Origin: Planctomycetota bacterium
Lineage (GTDB): Bacteria > Planctomycetota > Planctomycetia > Pirellulales > Lacipirellulaceae
Length of the DNA: 64,000 nt
Direction: 5' to 3'
Assembly: GCA_039190745.1 (NCBI GenBank)
Contig: JBCCXZ010000013.1
Location: forward strand, 8,863-72,862
Shown: in pieces, positions 10,630 to 18,527 of the stretch
Layout of the letters: every line of letters starts with the position of its first letter
Numbering within the stretch: the stretch's first letter is position 1
Program-made: the position numbers and the translations under genes
Notes under the pieces: model-generated
What the model was told of the DNA's origin: nothing
Seen by the model: only the letters and a program-made list of their open reading frames with translations
Databases searched by the model: none

Positions 10630-11031
10630 ATGGCTCTCCAAATCCTTGGCATCGGCACGGACATCATCGAGTGCTTGCGGATTGCGCAGATGATTGAGCG
10701 GCACGGGGAAATCTTTATCAACCGGGTCTACACCGAGCATGAGATCGAGTACTGCTCGACGAAGAAGGCGGCGACGCAGCACTACGCGGGGCGTTGGGCG
10801 GCGAAGGAGGCGGTGCTGAAGGCGTTGGGCACCGGCTGGATCCGCGGGATCGCTTGGCGGGATATCGAGGTGCGGAACCTCAAGGGCGGGGCGCCGACCA
10901 TCGCTTTGCGGGGCGGGGCCCGAGAGGTTTTTGAGGGGTCGGGAATGAAGACGATGCACATCAGCATCAGCCACTGCCGGAGCCACGCGACGGCGTACGC
11001 GGTGGCGGAGGGCGAGGCGGTTGGGGGTTAG
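10630..11031 (+). CDS. acpS: Holo-ACP synthase
   Basis: GIGTDIIE, AGRWAAKEAVLKALGTG, HISISH. Confidence 0.95.
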   Translation: MALQILGIGTDIIECLRIAQMIERHGEIFINRVYTEHEIEYCSTKKAATQHYAGRWAAKEAVLKALGTGWIRGIAWRDIEVRNLKGGAPTIALRGGAREVFEGSGMKTMHISISHCRSHATAYAVAEGEAVGG

Positions 11032-11568
11032 GTTTTGACCCTCTGCGGCGTGATTCTCGCGGCGGGGACAAAAGCTCCTTTCTTTTGGCAAAGCAGGCCT
11101 TGGATTCTCCGGCGATGCGTAGCATCGCGGCTATTCTTCGGGTGACAAAAAGGCGTGGGGTTTTGTGCCTTTGCGCTCTGCATAAGTAGGTTTGTTTTGA
11201 CCGATCCGTTGATCGGTTTGGGCTGTGATTGCTGGGTGATTCCGATGCATAGGCGGTCAATTCGGGAGCTCGTTTTGCGGGTGAGTTTCCTGTCCGATGG
11301 GACGGAAGAGCCTCTCGCAGAGGCGCAAAGACGCAGAGGGCTGAGCAGCCTTGCGTGGGCTGCTCGCCGCTGGTGGGACGGGGGTTAGATTGTCAAAGAG
11401 CGGGGGTAAGTATATGTACTTAGGTATATACCTGGATGGCCATTTGCAAGGGAAATCGTGTGAAACATGACCGATCATCAGGATGTGCCAGATTGCTGGG
11501 CAGGGCACTCCGCCGGGAGTAGACTGCAGGCTGGTTGACCGCCTCACCCGAAACCTACGACGGACGCC

Positions 11569-13893
11569 ATGCTTCACTATCGCCCGCTTGCCGTTGCTTC
11601 TCTCTGCTACCTTTTCGCGGTCGGCGCTAACCACTCTCACGCCACGATCACCGAGGTGGGTGACGTTTCTGTCGGCGCCGATGTTCGGGTCGGTATCCAG
11701 TCGGTTGGAACGCTCGCGGTCGAAGCGCCTTCGGCGTTGGTGAGCGATAGGCTCACTGTGGGTGTCGGCCCGCTTTCGTACGGTGCGGTCCGGCTTAACG
11801 GGACCACCTGGGACAATACGGGCAATACAATCATCGGCGATCAAGGGCGGGGCGTCTTCCGCATCGAAGGCGGCGGGATTTACACCAACGGCCAAGACTT
11901 TGTGGTGGGGAGTAGAGCCTCGGGCGACGTTTCCGTGAGCGGGTTTGGGACCGCTCTGGCAAGCCAAGGAGCGCTGCGGATCGGGGAGTCTGGCTCTGGG
12001 CGGTTCACCGTCAGCGACGGGGGGTACGTATCGAGTGGTTGGACGACGATTGGTAGTCAACAGGAACTGCTGTCCTCGACGATCGCGACCGTGACCGGCT
12101 CGGGTAGTTTCTGGGACACCGGTCAGAGCTTGTGGCTCGGGGAAACGGGGCTCGCAAGCCTACGCATACAGGATGGCGGCGTCGTGCAGTCTGGAGACGT
12201 AGACGTTGCCCGGAGTGCTCTCGGGGCCGGCGAAGTTGAGATCGATGGGCCGGGTTCGCTGTGGGAGGTCGGTTCGCTTGACATGGGCATCGAGGGCCGG
12301 GGGGACGTGGTTGTACGAAACGGCGGTTCGCTGCTTTCGAGTGCCATCAGCCTTGGGTTTTGGTCGTACCCTAGTGGTTCTGTGATTGTGGACGGAGAGA
12401 ACTCCTACTTGCGGACTGATCAGGGCTTGAGTCTTGGTAACGGCGATTTCATTGTCCGCAACGGGGGGACGGCCGTGACGAGTGTCGGCCTTAACGGATT
12501 AGGGCGGGTTGTCATTGACGGAGCGACTAGCCGATTGACGTCATCTGGCCTGTTCGTAGATACGCAGTACGGACAGTTGACCGTGTCGAACGGGGGGACA
12601 CTGGAGGTCACCTCAGAGGTATTGAACACACCGGAGGGCACGGAGGTGCTGCTTTCCCAAGGCAACGTCTTGCTGGCACCATTAGGCCGTCAGGGCCGGA
12701 ATTGGAACAACAGCGGCACGATCCGCGGATCGGGGCGAGTTCTGGGTACGCTTTGGAATCAAGGGCAGGTAATCGTGGGGGCCGGGGAGGAACTGAATGT
12801 CGAACAAGGCCTCAAAAATGGGGGGTCTCCTAATGCCTCTAACCCCGGGATTGTTTCGGTTGTTGGCGGTCGCCTAGAAACCGGCGGTCGGTGGAACAAT
12901 CTCGAGAACGGGCTGTTCACTATCAGAGACGGCACGCTCGTTGTCCGAGGGTTTGCCAGCAGTAGCTTCTTCGCCAGTCAGGGTAACGAAACCGGCGCGA
13001 TTCTAGTGATTGAAAACTCCGACCTTCAATTTTCACAGACCGAATTCAACGGCTTTTTTAACTTTGGGGAGGTTCGGTTCACGGGGGGCGTAAGCCGATT
13101 CTCGTCGGGTTTGTTCAACAACTCTGGCGTTGTCTCGCTAGAAAGCCAGAGCCAGGTGACGTTCGAAGGCCCCGTCCTCAGCAACGAAATTATTTCTGTT
13201 GCCGACGGATCGAGCGCCGCATTTCTCGGTGACTACGAGGGCAGTGAGTTCGCGGGGGACGGCGAGCTGAGCTTTCATGGAAGGCTGCACCCTGGGCAAT
13301 CCCATGGGCCGTTCTCGTTGGGGGGTGCTGCGGAATTCACATCAACGAGTCAACCCCATGTGCAGGTAAGTCCGAACGAGAATAGTGTGGCTACGGAGTA
13401 TCTGGTGGAGGGACCGGCTGAGCTCGGAGGTGAATTGACAGTCGGCGCTTCGCAGCCTGTGGGCTTGCCTGGCGAAACTATAGAGGCTGTTGTCTTGAAC
13501 GCCGAGACGATTAACGGTGAGTTCGACATTACGCCCTCTGTCGGCTCGCACCTCGGCTCAGGGGTCATGTTCAACGGCCTTACTTACGACACAGAGAATG
13601 GCGTTGTCGTGATGTCGCTGACGCAGGCGATGGAGGCTGATTTCAATCTCGACAACGTCGTTGACGACGCCGACATGGCAATCTGGGGAGCTAACTTCGG
13701 CGACAGGTTTGCCAGTTTCGTCGAGGGCGACGCCGACTTCGATCGGGATGTAGACCTCGCGGACCTGATGATCCTGCAGCGGGTGATGGGGGCGTCTTCT
13801 GCCGCTGTTGCGGCCGTTCCGGAGCCGGGGGCGGGCCTTATGGTCGTTGCGGCCCCCTTGCATTGCGTCGGACGGCGTCGGCGGCGGGCGTGA
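11569..13893 (+). CDS. Secreted PEP-CTERM protein with beta-helix-like repeats and dockerin-like domain
   Basis: Signal peptide, repeated IG..G.G.L.V..GG motifs, ADFNLDNVVD..GDADFDRDVDLAD, C-terminal VPEPG plus hydrophobic stretch plus RRRRR. Confidence 0.85.
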   Translation: MLHYRPLAVASLCYLFAVGANHSHATITEVGDVSVGADVRVGIQSVGTLAVEAPSALVSDRLTVGVGPLSYGAVRLNGTTWDNTGNTIIGDQGRGVFRIEGGGIYTNGQDFVVGSRASGDVSVSGFGTALASQGALRIGESGSGRFTVSDGGYVSSGWTTIGSQQELLSSTIATVTGSGSFWDTGQSLWLGETGLASLRIQDGGVVQSGDVDVARSALGAGEVEIDGPGSLWEVGSLDMGIEGRGDVVVRNGGSLLSSAISLGFWSYPSGSVIVDGENSYLRTDQGLSLGNGDFIVRNGGTAVTSVGLNGLGRVVIDGATSRLTSSGLFVDTQYGQLTVSNGGTLEVTSEVLNTPEGTEVLLSQGNVLLAPLGRQGRNWNNSGTIRGSGRVLGTLWNQGQVIVGAGEELNVEQGLKNGGSPNASNPGIVSVVGGRLETGGRWNNLENGLFTIRDGTLVVRGFASSSFFASQGNETGAILVIENSDLQFSQTEFNGFFNFGEVRFTGGVSRFSSGLFNNSGVVSLESQSQVTFEGPVLSNEIISVADGSSAAFLGDYEGSEFAGDGELSFHGRLHPGQSHGPFSLGGAAEFTSTSQPHVQVSPNENSVATEYLVEGPAELGGELTVGASQPVGLPGETIEAVVLNAETINGEFDITPSVGSHLGSGVMFNGLTYDTENGVVVMSLTQAMEADFNLDNVVDDADMAIWGANFGDRFASFVEGDADFDRDVDLADLMILQRVMGASSAAVAAVPEPGAGLMVVAAPLHCVGRRRRRA

Positions 13894-13937
13894 GCTAGGC
13901 TTGTGCGGGAGCACTGCACACGCCAAGGGTTACGCAC

Positions 13938-14264
13938 ATGCCAGTTCGGCGAATCTCGGGAGCGGTGGTCGGCGTATTGCTCGGGGCGCTGATGGCGGCC
14001 CTGACGTGCCTGCCGCTGTGGCTGTTCTGCTACTTCGTGATGCTGCTGACGCTGGCGCGGTTGAGCCTCGCGGAGTGGATGGTTGAGAACCTGCTGATCG
14101 GGTCGGTTTGGCCGTATGTGATCGTGACGGTCGCATGGACCGCGGGCCTGGGCCTGGCGGGCTTCCTGTACGGCCCAACGATCTTCACGCGGCGTGAGCT
14201 GACGTGGCTGAACCCCCGGCGGCGCGGGCTGGAGCCGCTCGATCGCGATATGCTCGCCGGCTAG
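13938..14264 (+). CDS. Small hypothetical membrane protein
   Basis: 108-aa hydrophobic ORF filling the gap, with GC-rich codon usage. Confidence 0.55.
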   Translation: MPVRRISGAVVGVLLGALMAALTCLPLWLFCYFVMLLTLARLSLAEWMVENLLIGSVWPYVIVTVAWTAGLGLAGFLYGPTIFTRRELTWLNPRRRGLEPLDRDMLAG

Positions 14265-15520
14265 TTGCCGATGGCGACGAGGTACTCCTGCCGCTGGCCG
14301 CCTTCGCGCTTGGCGTAGCGGTGGTAGAGGCGGCCGTCGCAGGGGGTGAAGGTAGCGAACCCTTCGTCGCCGAGTTGGTTTTCGGCGATGGGCTGGTAGC
14401 CGTCGGGCGTGGCGGCGTAGACGAAGGTTGTGCCCGACTCGTTGGTGACGTAGAGCTTGCCGTCGACCAGAACGGGCGAGGCGCTGAAGGCGCCGCCGAG
14501 GCGTTCTTTCCACATCTCTTGGCCGTCGGCCGAACGCCAGCAGTAGGCGACGCCGCGGTCGGAGACGCCGTAGAGGTAGTCGCCCGCCACGAGCAGCGAC
14601 TGCTCGTAGCACTTGACGTTGTTCTGCCAGACGATGGCGTGGTCGCCGCCGGTGCGGACGGCGAGGGTGAAGGAGTCGGGGTAGCCGCCGCTGGCGAAGG
14701 CGAGGCCTTGGGCTTCGTCCCAGACCATGGTGCCGCAGGTGGCGAAGGTGGAACCGGCGACGCCCCAGAGCTCGCGGCCGCTGGCCGGGTCGTAGGCGGC
14801 GATGCGGCGGTTGCCGCTCATGATGAGTTGGGTTTGGCCGCCGACCGGGACGCGGGCGACGGAGGAGTAGGAGAGGCTCTGGGTGCGGGGGCTGAGCCAG
14901 GCTTGGCTGCCGTCGGCGGGGTTGAGGGCGACAACGGCGGACTCTGGGCCGTCGTACTCGCTGGTCACGACGACCAGCCCGCCGGCCAGGACGGGGGACG
15001 AGCCGAAGCCGAACTCGTAGCGGCGGGGGTCGAAGCCGGTGGCGCGTTTCTGCCAGACGGCGTTGCCTTCGAGGTCGAAGGCGGTGACCCACGCGGCGAG
15101 ATCGTTGCCGAAGAGGGCGTAGACCTGCCGGCCGTCGCAGGCGACGGTGGGGCTGGCGTGGGTGTTGTTGGGGTGGACCTTGGGGAGTAGTTTGCCGACG
15201 TGGGCGGTGGTTTGCTTGAGCAGGCGGCCGGTGGCGCGGTCGATGACCAGCAACGATTGCGTTTCGGCGTCTTCGTCGCAGGTGGTGAGGTAGATGCGGT
15301 CGCCGAAGAGCGTGGGCGAGGAGTGGCCTCGGCCGGGGATGGGGGTCTTCCAGGCCAGGCCGGAGGTTTCGCTCCACTGGGTGGGGGCTGCGGCGCCGGG
15401 GGCGGCGTGGTTGTTGCCGTTGGGGCCGCGCCACTGGGGCCAGTCTTGCGCCCGGGCGGTTGAGAAGGCCATCGGGGCGAATAGCAGCAGTGCTGTTTGC
15501 AGGAGGCGTGGGCGGTGCAT
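14261..15520 (-). CDS. PQQ-binding-like beta-propeller protein (BamB-like)
   Basis: Signal peptide, DWPQWRGPNGN, GHSSP, ASPT, FSASPV repeats. Confidence 0.88.
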   Translation of the reverse strand: MHRPRLLQTALLLFAPMAFSTARAQDWPQWRGPNGNNHAAPGAAAPTQWSETSGLAWKTPIPGRGHSSPTLFGDRIYLTTCDEDAETQSLLVIDRATGRLLKQTTAHVGKLLPKVHPNNTHASPTVACDGRQVYALFGNDLAAWVTAFDLEGNAVWQKRATGFDPRRYEFGFGSSPVLAGGLVVVTSEYDGPESAVVALNPADGSQAWLSPRTQSLSYSSVARVPVGGQTQLIMSGNRRIAAYDPASGRELWGVAGSTFATCGTMVWDEAQGLAFASGGYPDSFTLAVRTGGDHAIVWQNNVKCYEQSLLVAGDYLYGVSDRGVAYCWRSADGQEMWKERLGGAFSASPVLVDGKLYVTNESGTTFVYAATPDGYQPIAENQLGDEGFATFTPCDGRLYHRYAKREGGQRQEYLVAIGN

Positions 15521-15721
15521 GGGTCGTTCTCCGTAATCGTTCCTAAAGGATGGGTTCCAACCGCGGGTCCCTACCCTTGTGGTGTTCTACCTTCGGGCGG
15601 TTTGGGACGCTACCGTCGGCGTTCGTAATCGGGGGCCGTAATCGCGGTTGGCTGCGGCAGGACGCAAGGGCTACGATGGGCTGAGCAGCAACCTCTTCCC
15701 GCCGGGACCATCGACGGAACG

Positions 15722-16594
15722 ATGCCCAAACGCAAGAAAACCAAGCCGAAAACGGTGCCGCCGAGCTGGCGTGAGCGCTGGTACGAGGTGATCTTCGAGG
15801 CCGACACGCTGGCCGGCAAGCGGTTCGACGTGCTGCTGCTGATCGCGATCTTCTTGAGCGTGCTAGTGGTGATGCTCGAGAGCGTGCACTCGGTGCAGGA
15901 AGGTAACCGTCAGTTGCTGGTGAATGCGGAGTGGTTCTTCACGATTTTGTTTACGGTGGAGTACCTCGCCCGTCTGGCGTGCGCGAGGAGGCCGCTGCGG
16001 TATGCTTTCAGCTTCTACGGCGTGGTGGACTTGTTGGCCATCCTGCCGACGTACCTGACGGCGCTGCCGGTGTTAGCCGGTGACGCGGACACGCAGCGGT
16101 TGGCGGTGATCCGGGCGATCCGTTTGCTGCGGGCGTTCCGGGTTTTCAAGCTAGCGCAGATGCTCTCGGAAGCGACCGCGTTACGGCACGCTATCTGGTC
16201 GGCTCGGGCGAAGGTGGCGGTGTTCCTGTCGGTGGTGATCATCGCGGTGGTGATCGTCGGTTCGGCGATGCACCTGATCGAAGGGCGTGTGGACGAAGGG
16301 GACGTCCCGATCCGAAACGGCTTTGAGTCGATCCCGTCGAGCATGTACTGGGCCGTGGTGACGATGACGACCGTCGGCTATGGCGATGTCTCACCGACGA
16401 CGGCGATCGGCAAGGGGTTGGCGGCGTGCATGATGATGCTGGGCTACTGCATGATCATTGTGCCGACGAGCATCGTCTCGGCGGAGCTCGCCTACAAGGG
16501 GAAGAACTCCAGCAGCCGCACGTGCTCGAGCTGCATGGCGGAGGGGCACGACGCGGACGCCGTCTTCTGCAAGCGGTGCGGCGATCGGCTCTGA
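15722..16594 (+). CDS. Voltage-gated potassium channel (ion transporter)
   Basis: S4-like RAIRLLRAFRVFK, selectivity filter TMTTVGYGD, C-terminal CSSC/CKRC. Confidence 0.92.
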   Translation: MPKRKKTKPKTVPPSWRERWYEVIFEADTLAGKRFDVLLLIAIFLSVLVVMLESVHSVQEGNRQLLVNAEWFFTILFTVEYLARLACARRPLRYAFSFYGVVDLLAILPTYLTALPVLAGDADTQRLAVIRAIRLLRAFRVFKLAQMLSEATALRHAIWSARAKVAVFLSVVIIAVVIVGSAMHLIEGRVDEGDVPIRNGFESIPSSMYWAVVTMTTVGYGDVSPTTAIGKGLAACMMMLGYCMIIVPTSIVSAELAYKGKNSSSRTCSSCMAEGHDADAVFCKRCGDRL

Positions 16595-16603
16595 GGCTGG
16601 CCG

Positions 16604-17926
16604 CTACTCGGCCCGGAGCTCGACGCAGACGACCTGCTCGTCGTTGCGAGCGAACACGGCTCCCTGGGCGAAGGCGGGGTGACTCCAGACAACGGGGCGG
16701 CCAAACGAGTCGCTGGTCGGCTCGAGGATGGTTTGACGGCCGACTTCTTCGTAGGCTTCGGGCGTGAGGCGGGCGAGGATGAGCTCGCCGGTTTCGTTGA
16801 AGAGCCAGTAGCGGTCGGTCTCGCCCTGGCGGACGGCGAAGACCGTGCCGTGCCGGCCACGGCCGCCTTCGCCGAGGGTGGGGGCTTTGGTTTCCCAGAG
16901 CCGCTTGCCGGTGGCGGGGTCGACGGCGACGAGGATGCTGTCGTTGGCGTCGACGCCGTAGATGGCTCGGCCGTCGTAGATGGGCGTGGCGTTGGCGCTG
17001 GAGACGGAGGTTTTCGGCGTGCCGGCCCAGAGCACGTCTGGTTCGCCGCCCGCGATGCGGAACGACACCGAAGCGCCGTAGCCGGTTGCGAATAGGGCGT
17101 CTCCTACGACGATCGGCTGGGCGATCGACATGCCGTAGTTGGGCCGGATGGGCACGCTCCACTGATGGTCGCCGGTGGCGGGCGTGAGTCCGACGACCGC
17201 TTCGGGGTGGAAGACGACGAGTTCGCCGTCGACGAGCGTCGGCGGGCAGTAGCCGGGTTCGTAGGCGGAGAGCTTCCGCCAGCGTTCTTCGCCGGAGAGT
17301 TTGTCGAAGGCCACGGCCACGCTGCCCTCGCCGCCGACGATGCAGTAGAGGAGGTCGCCGACGACGAGCGGGTGCGCGGAGTGGCCCCACAGCGGGGTTT
17401 CGGCTCCGTAGTCGTTGGGGAAGGACTTCGACCATAGGAGCTTGCCGTCGTCGGTGCGCAGGCAGCGGAGGTCGCCCTCGGCTCCGAGAATGTAGACGCG
17501 GTCGCCGTCGACGGTGGGTGTGCAGCGGGGGCCGCCGGGGTAGGAGACGTTGTAGGGCCGGTCGTACTCGTGCCGCCAGAGTTCTTCGCCGGTGGCGGCG
17601 TCGAGGCAGCGGAGGCGTTCGACGCCGTCGAGTTCGTCGCGGCTGCCGGGGTTGTTGGTGATCTCGCCGGCGCGCTTCTCGTACTCGAACAGGTAAACGC
17701 GTCCGTCGGCGACGGCTGGCCCGGCGTAGCCCAAGTCGGCGGGCATTTGCCAGCGCGTCTTGAGGCCGCCCTCGGGCATCGACTCGACGAGGTCGGATTC
17801 CCGCCAGACGCCGTCACGCTCCGGACCGCGCCACTGGGGCCAGTCGGCGGCGTTTGCGGTAGCGGCGATGACGAGCGCAGCGAGCAGCGGGGCCGCCCAT
17901 GTTTGGGCTTGGCGGAGAGCGTTCAT
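16604..17926 (-). CDS. PQQ-binding-like beta-propeller protein
   Basis: Signal peptide, ADWPQWRGPERDG, GPRCTPTVDG, VVWSHPAFA. Confidence 0.88.
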   Translation of the reverse strand: MNALRQAQTWAAPLLAALVIAATANAADWPQWRGPERDGVWRESDLVESMPEGGLKTRWQMPADLGYAGPAVADGRVYLFEYEKRAGEITNNPGSRDELDGVERLRCLDAATGEELWRHEYDRPYNVSYPGGPRCTPTVDGDRVYILGAEGDLRCLRTDDGKLLWSKSFPNDYGAETPLWGHSAHPLVVGDLLYCIVGGEGSVAVAFDKLSGEERWRKLSAYEPGYCPPTLVDGELVVFHPEAVVGLTPATGDHQWSVPIRPNYGMSIAQPIVVGDALFATGYGASVSFRIAGGEPDVLWAGTPKTSVSSANATPIYDGRAIYGVDANDSILVAVDPATGKRLWETKAPTLGEGGRGRHGTVFAVRQGETDRYWLFNETGELILARLTPEAYEEVGRQTILEPTSDSFGRPVVWSHPAFAQGAVFARNDEQVVCVELRAE

Positions 17927-17976
17927 GGCGGGTGCCCCCTCGCTGATGCTCGGGGCTCCAATGGCTGCTGGGCGGG

Positions 17977-18477
17977 CTAAATGACTATGGGCTTGCTAAG
18001 CGTGCGGCGGACCGGGACGAACTGGCCGGCGTGCATCATCGGGTGCGTGGCGTTGAGGACAAACATCGAGCCTACCGTCGGGAACATCTGGCGGAAGTTC
18101 TCGTCCGGGTGGGGGTTGGGGGCGTCGAGTTCCTCCTCGGAAACGCCGTTTAAGACATCGTTCGTGGCGGCGCGTACCTTATCGAACAACTCGGCGTACT
18201 CGGCCTTGGTGTGGAACTTTGCCGGGTCGTCCTCGGTGGTCTGCTCTTTGGAGTAACACTCGGCGAAACCTTCGGGCAGATCGGGGGCGGCGCCCGGTTT
18301 GATCGTGTTCAGCAGCATGCACTCGGAGGCGATGAGGTGCCCCAGCTGCCACGCCAGGTGGTTGCAGCCTTCGCCGGGGCGGGTGAACAGCTCGGCGTCT
18401 TCGAGGTCGCCGATGTAGCTCTTGAGCACCATCGAGCTGGTTTCACTGCACGCCTGGATCGCCTGCATCGCGTTCAT
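17977..18477 (-). CDS. DinB family protein
   Basis: NHLAWQLGHL and HPMMHAGQ histidine triad. Confidence 0.85.
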   Translation of the reverse strand: MNAMQAIQACSETSSMVLKSYIGDLEDAELFTRPGEGCNHLAWQLGHLIASECMLLNTIKPGAAPDLPEGFAECYSKEQTTEDDPAKFHTKAEYAELFDKVRAATNDVLNGVSEEELDAPNPHPDENFRQMFPTVGSMFVLNATHPMMHAGQFVPVRRTLSKPIVI

Positions 18478-18527
18478 CGTTGGCCTCAGGAAGGATCGAG
18501 AATCTGGTTGATGGGACTAAGCCCGAC

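Noticed and set aside
8520..10721. 733-aa minus-strand ORF
   Set aside because: Antisense shadow of pyrD and trpS with no recognisable motifs; expected in high-GC DNA
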